Part shown: in pieces, positions 1 to 13,100 of the stretch
How positions within the stretch are numbered: the stretch's first letter is position 1
How the letters are laid out: each line of letters opens with the position of its first letter
Assembly: GCA_043228905.1 (NCBI GenBank)
Contig: JBHGNT010000009.1
Span: 16,802,001 to 16,866,000 of the forward strand
Reading direction: 5' to 3'
Source: Azolla caroliniana
Lineage: Eukaryota > Plantae > Polypodiophyta
DNA: 64,000 nucleotides
The notes under the pieces: model-generated
The model's input: the letters and a program-made list of their open reading frames with translations, nothing else
Told to the model about the DNA's origin: nothing
The model's database searches: none
Made by a program: the position numbers and the translations under genes

Positions 1-16
1 TTCGGATGAAGAGCAA

Positions 17-1683
17 ATGGAGGAGCCCGTTACCGAAGCCCGAAGACGGAGATACCCTCTCAGAGAGAGAAGGGCCCCCCGGAGATTTTCGGATGCAGAG
101 CATGTTCTGCTGACCGATGAGGGGGAGCCAGAAAGCTTTGAAGAAGCAAAGGATGACACCCACAACCGCAAATGGTTAAGTGCCATGCAGGACGAGATGG
201 ATTCCTTGCATGAGAACCATACATACGAATTGGTGGAGTTGCCGAAAGGAAAGCGGGCACTCCGAAACAAGTGGGTGTACAAGTTGACACCGGGAGATGT
301 CGGCAACCCCCCAAGATACAAAGCTAGGATCGTGGTGAAGGGGTTCCAGCAGAAGAAGGGTGTGGATTTCGATGAGATATTTGCCCCGGTAGTAAAGATG
401 ACCTCCATCCGGACGGTGCTGAGTATAGCGGCAAGCATGGACCTCGAGGTAGAGCAGCTAGATGTGAAGACGGCATTCCTTCATGGTGACCTCGAAGAGG
501 AGATCTACATGCAGCAACCGGAAGGATTCGTGGAGAAAGGGAAGGAGCACCTGGTTTGCCAGTTGAAGAAGAGCCTCTACGGGTTGAAGCAGGCCCCCCG
601 GCAATGGTACCGGAAGTTCGACTCCTTCATGACCGATCAAGGGTACCACAAGACGCAGGCTGATCACTGTGTGTTTGTGAAGAAGTTCGAAGGAGACGAC
701 TTCCTGATACTCCTTCTATATGTGGATGACATGTTGATCGTCAGACGGGACCAAGTCAAAATACGGATGCTGAAGAAGGCTCTCAACCGGACCTTCTCAA
801 TGAAAGACTTGGGTCCGGCAAGACAGATGTTGGGGATGCATATTATCCGGAGCCGGGCAGCGAAGCAATTATGGCTGTCACAGGAGAAGTACGTGACAAA
901 GGTGCTTCACCGGTTCAACATGTCAGATGCGAAACCAGTCGGATCGACACTCCCGGCAAATTGTAGGCTATCTGGTAAGCAAAGCCCGAAGACGAAAGCA
1001 GAGAAGGCGGATATGATGAGGATTCCATATGCCTCTGCCGTCGAGAGCTTAATGTACGCAATGGTGTGTACCGGCCGGATATAGGATACGCAGTCGGAGT
1101 GGTAAGCCGGTTTATGAGCAATCCCAGCAAGGAGCACTGGAACGCGGTCAAATGGATACTCCGGTACTTGAAGGGCACTCCGAATATGTGTCTCCGATTC
1201 GGTTCCGGAAAACCTCAACTTGACGGTTTTACCGATTCGGACATGTCAGCTGATGTGGATACCAGCCGGTCTACATCCGGGTATCTAATGACATATGCAG
1301 GGGGAGTGTTGGGATTTCGGTCCCTCCGGATGGGATGTCCGGAGATGAATGACGGCAAGCCCGGTTGCGGTTACGGAACCGGAGGATGAAGAGTACCCGG
1401 CATGAAGCCGGATGAAGAGTACCCCGGCTACGGAGCCGGATGACGAAGACCCGGTTTCGGATCCGGATGATGAAGACCGCGGCTACGGAGCCGGATGACG
1501 AATGTACCCGGAGAGAGATCCGGATGCGGGGACATATTTGTGAATATGTTTACCAAGGGCCCTCGAGGCTATATTTGTAGATAGCCCGAAAGTCATATGT
1601 GTATAAATATGACTTAGGGCAAACAGTTGATGTTGTTGCTCATTTTTCTGGTTTTCCACTTAGAGAGAGAGCTAAGTGAGCAG

Positions 1684-1714
<31 letters not shown>

Positions 1715-2371
1715 GAAGAGGTCGTTGCCTCTGTGTATTACCGCCGCCTGTGGCGAAGACAGTGAGCTGAAGGTTGTTGCCTCGTAGCTTCACCATTGTA
1801 CATCTCTGCTTGTAGTGATAGTTGGAGTTTGAGGACTCCCGTGGTTTTTCCCATTTAGGGTTTTCCACGTAAAACATCCTGTGTACTCTTCTCTCTATTG
1901 TCTTCGTGCATTTTGTATTTCCTGTTTTCTGAGAGTTGATCTATTCCTCGGTTTTGGCCGAGCACTGTTTTCCGACAGGGAGCTGTTTCGTGGCAGTCGA
2001 GGCTGTAGAAGACGGTTGCATTGTCAACCACGGAGGTAGATTACATGGCGGTTGTGGAAGCCGGCAAGGAAATATTATGGATGAAGGACTTCATCGGAGA
2101 GCTTGGTATCCGGCAAGATGAATACCAACTCTATTGCGACAGTCAAAGTGTCATCCACCTTGCTAAGAATGTGGCCTATCATTCCCGGACGAAGCATATC
2201 CAGCGAAGGTATCATTGGATCCCCGAAAGAGTAGATGACGAGGAGTTCGCACTGACGAAGATCCACACGGTCGAGAACGGGTCAGACATGCTGACCAAAG
2301 TACTGATACCCGACAAGCTGGATGCATGCCGGAAGAGGATCGGACTAGTAAGACACCCCATGCCAGAGTGA
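17..2371 (+). pseudogene. copia pol (RT + RNase H), disrupted
   Basis: ORFs 17-1084, 1066-1306 and 1983-2371 join into a copia RT/RNase H. There is a frameshift near 1075, a solo-LTR insertion and an in-frame TAG near 2006. Confidence 0.93.
1307..1977 (+). mobile_element. copia solo LTR (671 bp) inserted in RNase H
   Basis: Termini TGTTGGGA...TCCGACA with a 5-bp TSD GGGAG (1302-1306 / 1978-1982). Removing it restores YAGGAVSWQS. Similar to the LTRs at 2382 and 25378-26032. Confidence 0.94.
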
Positions 2372-2436
2372 AGGGGGAGTTTGTTGGGAGACAAGTCCCT
2401 CCGGATAGGAAAGGAGAAGAACAATGCCGAGGCCAA

Positions 2437-2703
2437 GACCGGATGAGGAGTACCCGGCTACGGAGAGCCGGATGGTGCAGACCCGGTGAAGACCGGATGA
2501 GGAGTACCCGGCTACGGAGAGCCGGATGGTGCAGACCCGGTGAAGACCGGATGAGGAGTACCCGGCTATGGAGAGCCAGATGGTGCAGACACGGTGAAGA
2601 CCGGATGAGGAGTACCCGGCTACGGAGAGCCGGATGGTGCAGACCCGGTGAAGACCGGATGAGGAGTACCCGGCTTCGGAGAGCCGGATGGTGCAGACCC
2701 GGT
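2437..2703 (+). repeat. 54-bp tandem repeat x5 in the U3 of the copia 3' LTR
   Basis: GACCGGATGAGGAGTACCCGGCTACGGAGAGCCGGATGGTGCAGACCCGGTGAA repeated five times. Confidence 0.95.
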
Positions 2704-2990
2704 CAGGAATGCTCACCGGATGAAGGGACATATTCGTAAATATGTTTCTGAGAGTCCATCGAGGCTATATTTGTAAATAGCCGAAAAGTCATATTAGTAT
2801 AAATATGACTTAGGGCAAACTTTTAGTTACTACTGTGTTGTCATTTCTTGTTGGTGCAAGAAAAGAGAGAGCGCGTAGCTGTGTACAGTGAGAGAGAGAG
2901 AGAAAGAGATCGTTGCCTCTGTTGTAACCGTTGCCTGTGGCGAAGATCGTGAGCACGAGGTCGTTGCCTCTGTGAACTCACTGTTGTACA

Positions 2991-5826
2991 TGTTACCCCG
3001 TACGAGATGTACGGAGAGTCAAGTGTGATGATCGAGGGTCGAATGTTATCATGATGTTGTTGTGTATGTGTAGGAGGCATAAATGTAATTGTGAGTCTAT
3101 ACGTATGTGAACACATGCACACGTGTGTGCATGTGGATGGATACGAGGAGGTGTGAGTGAGTGTCCAGTATGAATGCTCAATGGGGCTTACACCCCTATG
3201 TATCTACCCCCTCTTGTACTATTTAACCCCTTATGGGGAATGAATGAAACATGAATGAATCATTTCTCTCTATCTATCTCTCTTTTCATCTCTCTCTCTC
3301 TCTCTCTCTCCCCCTCAACGTTGAATCCCCTTGGGAGGGGGTGGAGCCATTCTAGGCACCACCCCCCACCCCGCAATGCTTGTCAATGCACATGATCTCT
3401 CTCACCATCATACTCTTCATCATCTTTGCTATTTCACCATGTCTATCTTCGTCATCGTTAACCATCATCATCCTTAACCCTAACCCTAACTCTAAAACCT
3501 ACAACACCTTTTGATGACCACTAAGGCGACCCCCCTTTGGAGACGGAGTCGAAGAATGATACGCGACAATGTGAGGCATAGTGATGATGATATGTAAGAG
3601 ATGTCCAAGTAATGATGGCGATATGCAGCAAAAGGCGGAAGAAATCAGAAATGGAAGATTGACAAGATTGACTGCTGCACAATTCTACAACAAATTAATC
3701 TCTATATGTGAATGTTTTGTGTGGTCTGTTTTTGCCCTAAATGTCCGAGAAATGTTGGCCAAGATGTACAAAAACGGTGTCAATGCATGAGAGGAAGTTG
3801 CAAAACAAGTTGCAAAAGGATGGCGTTACATGAGTATGCGAGAATGGAAATGACAATGTGCAAATGTGCGGTTAGCAGCAACGTGTGCGTGTTCCAAGGA
3901 GACTGCGGAGGAAGACGCAATGTGTGGAGCGTGGGCCAGCAAGATGTGTGGGACCGGAATGGGACGTGTTCACAGTTTCCAGTTTCCAGAGAAGCAACGC
4001 GGAAAAAGTTGGAACCAGAACAAGAGTTGGTTGGCACCGAAGCGGCCGTAATGGCTGGGCGGCCGTCAGAGTAGACAGAGCCGAAACAGCAATAGTGACG
4101 CCGAAAAGCGACGGACGGAGAGACAACCATCAGATATCAACGGCTGACAACTGGATGACGACTGAACAGACCGGCCACGCGACTGCAGACCGGCCGGACA
4201 GGGTTGACGAAGATGAGAGAAGCTTCAGGAACGGTCATCACCAACCGACAGCAGCCGGAGCGGCCGGAGGGCCGGACAAGGTCAGGGAAGCAAACAGGCC
4301 GCCAGGATGACGGACGGTGTCGGACGACGACGAAACCGACAGAGGGAACGACGGCCAGATGGCCACCGTACGAAGAGCGGCTGAAGCATGGTGGATGAAG
4401 TACTGGCCGAAGAGCGAGCGACCGGTATGGCGGCCAAACAACGGCTGGAGAGCGGCCAGAATGCTGGACAAATGGCCGGACGACGACGACGCTATACGGT
4501 AGAGGCCGGACAGTGGCAGCGGACGGCAACCTGAAACCCTACACAACAGTCAAAGAGTGGCTAAAGAGCAGCGGCCAAAGAGTGTGCAGAGTGGCCAAGC
4601 GACGGACGAGGTTGGACTACGACAAACCGGTAGAAACGGAAACAGGGTTGACATAGACAGCAACAACACCAAATGATGCAGAACAGCAACAGAAAACGAC
4701 GTTCGGACAGCCACATCCGAACATCGAAGGACACCGATGGCAAGGACACCGACGACAACGGAGCCGGGGACGGAAACAAAAACAAAAACAAAGACTGAGA
4801 CAGCCAAATACTGAGGCGGAGATGAACATAGAAGGTCGGACAGACAGACAAAAACAGAGAGTGGCAGCCACGGACAATGGACATACCGGTGGGGAAACAA
4901 GGAAGAAAAACGAGAAAAGAGGATGAAGATAAAAAGAAGAGAAAGATGAAGCAGAATCAAAAAAGAAGAAGAAGAAGAAGAAGAACAGGAAGGAGACATG
5001 TAGTCGTTGATGAATAGAGAAGGAAACAGACAGAAAACAAAGAGCTGTCAAAATAGAAAAGAACAAAGAAGAAATGAGGAAAGAGAAAAAGACAAAAACG
5101 GAAAAAAAGAGGGAAAACGAGAATGATAAGGGGCATTCGAGGAGTTTTGAAAACTTGAGGGCATTCGAAGAATTTCGAAAAACATGATGGCATTGAAAAA
5201 AAATTTAAAAAAAATTTAAAATTTAAAATTTAAAAATCAAAGGGCACATACAAAATTTTGAAAACTCATCCACCTAAAGAAATGGACGTGATCGACCACA
5301 CACAACTCAAAACAAAGGAAGAACACACATACATACAACATATTTTTGACGACCCAAATGATTTTACGAAGTTCGTAAGTCGACAGAACGAGAATGTTCG
5401 TGTCGCGGAAGATTTGCTGACCGACAATTGTGTTCGAGTCAAGCATTCCGATCGAGGGAGTCAATCGTTGAAAGGACCGATGGAAGTTCCGGTCAAAGAA
5501 ATATCATCATCAAGGCATGTGGGATCGACGTGCAAGGCACTTTCCCACGGGCGTGCCATATTGTGTTACCTCGTACGAGATGTACGGAGAGTCAAGTGTG
5601 ATGAGCGAGGGTCGAATGTTATCATAATGTTGTTGTGTATGTGTAGGAGGCATAAATGTAATTGTGAGTCGATACGTATGTGAACACATGCACACACGTG
5701 TGCATGTGTTCACATACGTATCTCACAATTACATTTATGCCCCCTACACATACACAACAACATTATGATAACATTCGACCCTCGCTCATCACACTTGACT
5801 CTCTGTACATCTCGTACGAGGTAACA
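2991..5826 (-). mobile_element. non-autonomous LTR element (Tat-like tRNA-Arg PBS) with a fold-back 5' LTR
   Basis: Ends TGTTAC...GTAACA with a 5-bp TSD GTACA (2986-2990 / 5827-5831). The segment 2991-3135 is repeated at 5564-5700. Minus-strand PBS TGGCACGCCCGTGGG at 5544-5558. No recognisable gag or pol. Confidence 0.85.
5564..5826. repeat. near-perfect 263-bp palindrome
   Basis: 5564-5695 is the reverse complement of 5700-5826, with a few mismatches and one 3-bp indel. The centre is CATGCACACACGTGTGCATG. Confidence 0.96.
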
Positions 5827-5996
5827 GTACATTCTAACATAGTGATAGTTTGCAACCTGTGGGCTGCCGTGGTTTTTCCCTCTTTGGGTTTTCCACGTAA
5901 ACATCCTGTGTACTCTTCTCTTCTTCGTGTCGTGCTTTTATTTCCCGTTTTTCTGTGTATGATTCTAAGCTCGGTTGTGACCGAGCGTTGCATATA

Positions 5997-7203
5997 AGGA
6001 GCCTTGAGTTCCCGTCAACGCCGTCGAGCCCTCATCGCTCCACTCGCGCCGCTTGTCAAAGCGGGCGCAGACCCCTTTGACCATGGCCCAGTCGTCCGTG
6101 AGGCCTTCATCTGTCTCCAATAGGAGACCCACCTTCTCCCGATCCAGCGCATGCACCGACTTGACGAACAATAAGACCCTGCTCATGTCGAGCACGGTCC
6201 GATCCAATGCCGACAGCCGAGCGAACCGTTGTTCGAATTCCTGGAGGAGCACTGACATGTTCCTCCCCTTCCCAGGGCTCTCAACCCAAGCCATGAAGTC
6301 CCGCTTCGACAGTCGAAGCGAATCGCCGTACCCGTACATCTCAAGGAGCCGTCACTCGAGCTCCACCCAAGCCTGTCCTCCGGGATGTCCCTCATGATCA
6401 TTTCAGCCCGATAGGCCTCCAAATAGCTCTTGCCATTCTTCCCACTTAATCGGCCTATGGTGCCGACAATCGATTCTATGGCCCTATCAAGGGCACCCGT
6501 TCCCTCACGAGCGCTCACTAGCCGGTTGACGGCTACTACCATAGCTTCAGCAAGCTTGGATCCCCTCATCTTCAACTCCTTTGCTGCCATCTTTCACGTC
6601 GGGTTCACCAAATATGTCGTGTTGTTACGCTCTCGCGTGTGAAATGAAGCGGGACCGCGGGAGCCCTGAACCAAGGAGTGTGAGAAAGAAGAGGAAAGTG
6701 ATTCGCAGGAAACACAAAGGGAGATGGGAACGGAAAATTCAATTACAATGTCAACAACGATTACAATCGGCAAGCCGGTAACAGACCCAAAACGGAGGTC
6801 CCACGCACACACCTGGACGACACAGAGAACGCATCGTGGAGCCTCTATTGGAAGCACACGGGCTTACGCGCAGCAGAGGCGACCGACCCCGAAATGTAGT
6901 GGAGAGCAACGGTTCCGGAGGAGAGAGCTCTGTTTCCCCCCGTCCCCATAGCACTTCGACCTCCCCCCCTTTTTATAGGTCACCGAGGAGGCCGTTACAT
7001 CAAAACACATCAACTTTATTCTTTGTCCTTTCGGACAGAGATATGCGTCGATTTCCTAGCTAATTAATACCCTTCCTAGTACATATGCGCGTCAGCCGAT
7101 CTATCCCTAGCTATGTACAAGTCATAAACGCACACACACGTGAAAAGGATTGCATCACACCTCCCCCCCTTGATTCCTCCTAGGGGCGGTTTTCTCCACG
7201 ACA
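5997..7203 (-). mobile_element. Ty3/gypsy 5' fragment: LTR (6615-7203), tRNA-Trp PBS and frameshifted gag-like ORF
   Basis: LTR termini TGTCGTG...CACGACA. PBS TGGTGAACCCGACGTGA (6594-6610) is complementary to the plant tRNA-Trp 3' end. A gag-like ORF starts at ATG 6590 (GKNGKSYLEAY..., EFEQRFARL..., LTDDWAMV). Confidence 0.85.
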
Positions 7204-9512
7204 CCGGATTGTGAGCCGAGCACATCATATATGCTCAAGAGTGCCTAGCCCCCTTTCTCACTCTAATCTTCAACCGCCCCATCGCCGAGGGTTTTCCACC
7301 ACAATGGACCATGAACACAGTGGCCCCTATACATAAAGGAGGGGACCCAATGGATCCAAATACATATAGGACCATTATGATAGGTCATACGCTCGCTAAA
7401 CTATATGGTGTGGTAATGGAAGCATAGCTCAACGATTATATGGAAACATTAAGTCTTCCAGCACCTGAGCAAGCTGGCTTTAGACAAGCCTTCTCCACTA
7501 TTGACCATATCTTCACACTTAAGTGCTTAATTGACCAAACGAAGGCTCGTAAGATTTGGGTGCATAAGATGCCCAGTTGGCCTATCCAATTGTTTCACTA
7601 GCACCATTGGTGTAAAACTGGGTTGCCCCCTATCACCGACTCTTTTGGGGATCTACATTGATGAGATCACTAATTTTATTGCTCGTAAGGGAGGCAAGGG
7701 AGTACCTATTGGGGATACGCAAGTTAGTCTCTTACTCTACGCAAACGACATTGTCTTGCTCTCGGAGTCAGAACACGACCTACAAAAGCATCTTAATGCC
7801 CTAAATGACTTTTGTACACAACGAGGACTGGTAGTGAATCTAGCGAAAACTAAAGTCCTTATCTTTCATACATCATCCCGAGTTAGGATTAAATGTCACC
7901 GAATCCTCTCTCATAAACTAGTTGAGGTAGTTGGATCATATGTATACTTGGGAGTCACTTTTAGTGCTCGCTCAGGTAAATTCTCAATGACCCAGGCAGC
8001 CAAAGATAGGCTAACGAAAGGGTATGCATCCCTCTCACTCTTAGAGAGACAATGCCACCGGGCATACTTTCAAGAGCCACGGACTAAGGGGTGGCTCTTT
8101 GACTCATTAGTGACCCCTTCTCTCATGTATGCATCAGTAGTATGGACTCCAGGTCTACCATATTTCATGTGGACGCAATTAGAGAGACCTTTGGTGACTA
8201 TGTTATCACGTCAACTCCGAAGCAAATCGACAGTACCACATGACATTATTAGAGCAGAGTTCAATCTGCCCTCAATGTTAGTAAAAGCACTATTTCAAGT
8301 GGTAGTTTTTATTCATCGGATACATAGCCAACCACAAGATAGGATATCCCGTCGAGCCTTTGAGGTATCCCGATCCCTACATGCATCTAGTGACACTAGC
8401 TCTTGGTATAGCATTGTGGTGACTTGGTTACTTGCAAACGGCATAGACATTAATAACCTACCCCCCCTTAAGTACAACCATGGGACTGACCAAACTCTAA
8501 TATCTCATGAAGACCGCCATAAAGTGATACGCCAAGAAATATGGCAAATTTACACTCGAAATAAATGGATCACCCCACGAGAGCCACTCCCATCTAAAAT
8601 GTTGTACTATAAGGAACACTTCTTGCACTTCTCTCAGTTAGGTTTTATTACACGGCCAAGATATCTAGATACATTCTTATCAAATGCACTAAGGGTGGCC
8701 ATTGGACAACTTAGGATATCATCTCACCAACTTGAGATTGAGAATGGTCGGGCTAATAGAGTCCCTAGGGAGGAAAGGCTATGTAGGTTGTGCCACATAG
8801 AGATAGAGGATGAGTATCGCTTCACATGCAAGTGCCCAACTTATGCCGAGATACGAGTGGAATACCAAGATATATTAGGACCCTCTCCCACCCTCTCCAA
8901 ACTATTAGATACCCCGGATGTAAAGAGACTAGGTAGGTATATCATAGAGCTAAAACAACATAGGGAGAATAAATTACAAAGTGTTAACCATAACCCTTTT
9001 ACTATTCATCAACTTGTAACTAGTGTAATTTTTCAAGACCAAGGGGAGACGATGAATGTGGATACACTTACGCCGCTCGGCCTCTCTCTTGAGGAAGCCA
9101 AAATGCAAAGAACAACCAAATGCCCTCGGATGTTGGGCTTCAAAACAAGTTGACACGGAGTAGAAAGGATTAAGAAGATAAGGGAACGTGAGCTACGTTG
9201 ACTAGAAGCTATGGTTGGGGTACCTTTTACATTGGGGCCACGGGCCACATCCACATCGAAACCCTTTGACCCCCCGCTTCTCTTCGAGAGACTTGGATGG
9301 AAATGAAATTAGGCCTAGTATAACATCATTTTCATTGTAGAACATTTTTGTAATTTTATTTTACTAGAACTATTTAGCTTAAAACTCTATTTTTATTTTT
9401 ATTTTTTACTTTCAATGAATGGGTAAATATCCCATTTTTTGTTGTGAACCATTTGTCTCATGGGCCAATTTTGGCCTTAGAAGACGTTAATATATCTTTC
9501 TTTCTTTCTTTC
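7204..9512 (+). mobile_element. RTE-X-like LINE, 5'-incomplete and decayed
   Basis: RT motifs PIHKGGD..YRTI, EQAGFR, GVKLGCPLSP and LLYANDIVL. C-terminal LRISSHQLEIENGR..C..C..EDEYRF..CP. The 3' end has a GGCCAATTTTGGCC hairpin and a (CTTT)n tail. The DFxKAFD region is deleted. Confidence 0.85.
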
Positions 9513-9955
9513 TTTTCTCTATTTTCTTTATTTCTTTCTTTTCTTTTCTTTTTACGAAACATGGTCAAGACGATTAGCTATAAACACAATAGTTCATGAT
9601 GGACTCACCGCTTGTAGCTTTATAAGGTTACTTACATTTCTCTCTCATGACTTAGACTCTTTAAGGAGGGGAATATATTCAGGAATATCAAACCATCGAT
9701 TAGAGTCAACTGGAAATTGGGATAACAATAATTAGTGTGATTATGAAAGCTAGAGTGATTAATTGGAGATTAATTTGTGTGATTATGAATGCTAGAGTGA
9801 TTAACTCACTATTAGTGTCGAGTGATTATTATTCTAATCCCTCGACAGGCGTACCAAATATGTATGTATGTATTTAGCTCATCACATTCACATGAAATGA
9901 TCAAACAAATTACATGAAAAATGATCAAACAAATTACATGCTTAACTACTACTAT

Positions 9956-9989
<34 letters not shown>

Positions 9990-10123
9990 TTTCACCCACA
10001 ATCCAAAGTACTCATTTTTTGAAGAACCACAAAAACAGAGGGGGTCACCAATACACTTAAAAAATCTTTCATTTGATCCAACAGAAAGTGAGAAGAAGAA
10101 GAAGAAGAAGAAGAAGAAAAGTG

Positions 10124-13100
10124 ATGGGCGATTCTGAGGAGATCATCCATCTCTACAGCTACTGGAGGAGCTCCTGCTCTTGGAGGGTCAGGATCGCTCT
10201 TTCTTTCAAAGGTTTTCTTCTTCTTTTTCCCTCCCCCTTTTTCCTCTCCTTTCCTTCTCTCTCTCTCTCTAATCTCTGTTCTATCCCTAGACCTCTGTTT
10301 TAGGTAATTATGATAAACAAATGATGGTGACAGTTTTTGATACATGATACTTCATGCTTCTGATGATACACAATCCCTGATGATGATGCCGACAATACAT
10401 GGTACACGGTGATAATATATGGTATCGTGGGTGATGGGATGATGATTCTGCCATTGTTTTATATTTGGAAATGAGCAAAAGATTTAGCATGTATGATGGT
10501 TTTTTTCATCTAATTTTTCTACAGGGGAGATGATTATGTGACTATTCTAAATTTAAATGCTAAAAATATATTCAAGCTGGTAGTTTTCTGATGGTAGAAT
10601 TTGTTATTTTCCAGGAATTCCATACGAATACAAATCTGTAAATCTTTTGAAAGGAGATCAATTTAGTGAAGGTTGGTGTGCATACAATTTACGATTCTTC
10701 TAATTTTTTTGCATGCGCATGTGTGTGCTATCCTTGCAGAGACTATTTTTAACAGGCGCAATGCTATTCTTGCTTTTACTTCACAGATTTCAAAAAACTG
10801 AATCCATTTTGCACTGTACCAGTTTTAGTGGACAATGGCTTTGTGCTTGCAGATTCATATGCCATCTTAGAGGTAGTATAATTGCTAAAGTGTTAAGAGA
10901 TAGATAGATTTGATCTTTTCACAAGCTCAGAAGTATATGGATGATACATTTCTTGTTTCATGGAAAAAAATAGAAGATTAATGTTTCACCTACATAACTG
11001 ATTAGTAGTTATTCTTAAAAATGCATAGCTTATCTGAGTTAAACAGAATTAGCAAATGAGATCATTTGCTTGATGGATGGGTATGTTACAATGATATATC
11101 AAATGCGTGGAACAAGAAATATCATATGATTATGTAATGTAGATATTGTACTTGGATTCTACAGAAGTTGAATGGGTTATGAAACTTTTTCTGATTGATT
11201 CTTGGTTAAAAAACCATGCGGACAAATGTAGATCTATATTGAGGACTTTTGAGCTCACTCGATATCCTTTTCTACCATTGGGAATACACCTAATTCACCT
11301 TTTGGAGCCATCACCGTCACATAAAGTTATTGCTTAGGTAACTTAAGTGTAGGGGGAAGAATTTTTACCAGCGATTTGGTAATTGAATTCGTTCCATTTT
11401 TCCTCTCCCCGTTGCTGAAGAAACCTTAGGCCCTCTGAAATTTATGTATGGACCTCCCTGAGGTAGTTTCAATGATTGTTGAATAATCTTAATAAAGAAG
11501 AAAATCTTGACTGCATATCCACGTAGGAACGGTGTTGCCAAGATAACATTCTCATCTAACCCTTTTAACCAATCAATTTGACCGCGAAGAGCAGTATTAG
11601 CTAGTACTCTAGTAGTTCTTGAAGATTTGCAATTGCTAGGCATAGGAGAAATGCTACCTTTAATTGAATGGAGGCATAATGTGTCGTGAAACTAAAAACA
11701 GATGAAGGAAGTTCCATATGAATGTATGGTTTGTGAGGATATATGTTTATATAACTCTGACTTATCATCTTTCTTAATTGACAGTATCTTGAAGACAAAT
11801 TTCCAGAGCCATCCTTGTTTCCAGATGATAAAAAGAAGAAGGCAGTTGTACGCCAGGTGTGATGGATATCCTCGTATTAAAGTAACATGATCAATAGTTG
11901 GTGCTGATTGAAGATGCATTTCTTCTTTTATGATATTTTTATATGGAAGTGATATACGCAATTGTTTCGTTTTACTTTAATGAAGCACTTTATGTGATAT
12001 GATTGTACACACCAGAAACATCCATTTTCTTGGATTCAGAACCAAAGTGCAATTATTTGGCTCTATTTCCAGTTTTTAAGTTCCTTTGATATTAAGCTTT
12101 TTCCTTTACATAATCTCTTTGTTTTCTCTCTCTAAGCTTTCTCTGTGCTGGTCTATTTCAAAAATGGTTTTAACTTATTCATGCAAATTTGTATGAACTA
12201 TTGCCTGTAAATTTTAATATAAGCTTGTGTAGTTTCATTGTAGTTAATCCAGTACCCTCGTTTTTTTCTCTCTTCAGGATGCCAACCTATCTCGATTTTG
12301 TTTTACATATTAATGTAAACTTGATGAACAACTTTCCTAAGTACTAATACATGCATGTGAAATTTTCTTGAATTGTAATTAACCTAAAACCCTTTCATGT
12401 CAACAGGTGGTTAACCATATTGTTTCTTCAATTCAACCTTTACAAAATCTCTCAGTTTTGGTATGTGCTCTCCTTTTTATGAGGGTGCACCATTCTTTTT
12501 GTGTTGTTTTAGAATCATATCAAATATTCCAATGTATGTGTGTGTGTAGAATAAAGTCGAAGAAATGCTTGGGCCGGATGAGAAAATAAAATGGGCACGT
12601 TACTACATCGAGAATGGATTTAGTGGTTTAGAGAAACTACTTCATGGAAATGCTGGCAAATATTGCTTTGGTGATGATTTCACAATGGTATTATACACTT
12701 TGAGTCTCTACTCAATTTGTTCTTATTATTATCCAAAGTAGTTTTCTTCATCCTGTTTTTCAGCCTCCAAAGTTTGAATCTACACAAAACTTCTATATCA
12801 TACTATAGTAGCTCATCTTCTATTTTCTCTCTTCTCAAAAGATTGATTTAATTACAGTTGACAGTTTTGTTGGTTCATACAGGCTGATGTCGTTCTTGTT
12901 GGTCAACTTGGTAATGCGGCTCGATTTCAAGTTGACATGGTAATATCTGCAAACCATTCTGGTTTCGAGATGAGTTCGTCTGGGTTAGAGATTTTTGTAA
13001 TTGAACATGTTATATTTTTAGTTTTGTAATGGCCAAGAACTGATCATAGAATGATGAAAAATGAGGGTTTTGAATGCTGTTTTTTTTATAGACTCAAAAC

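Larger units (their letters stand above)
1..5996 (+). mobile_element. Ty1/copia LTR retrotransposon, 3' half (RT-RNase H, PPT, 3' LTR), with two nested insertions
   Basis: RT motifs KARIVVKGF, QLDVKTAFLHG and LLYVDDML; RNase H motifs DSD and KHI..RYHW. PPT GAAGGGGGAG at 2370-2379 and LTR start TGTTGGGA at 2382. The LTR is split by the 2991-5826 insertion and truncated at about 5996. Confidence 0.96.

Noticed and set aside
3472-3490. telomeric repeat (TAACCC)n
   Set aside because: Only about 3 units, internal to a retroelement.
3712-5193. overlapping ORFs inside the fold-back element
   Set aside because: Low-complexity, purine-skewed sequence with no recognisable domain.
2991-5826. DIRS-like element or DNA transposon
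   Set aside because: A 5-bp TSD, TG..CA ends and a tRNA PBS indicate an integrase-type LTR element. No tyrosine recombinase or transposase is present.
6679-7171. LTR TGTGA..TCACA with a PPT on one side and gag on the other (tandem element)
   Set aside because: Better boundaries (6615-7203, 7-bp inverted termini next to a tRNA-Trp PBS) place the G-tract inside the LTR.
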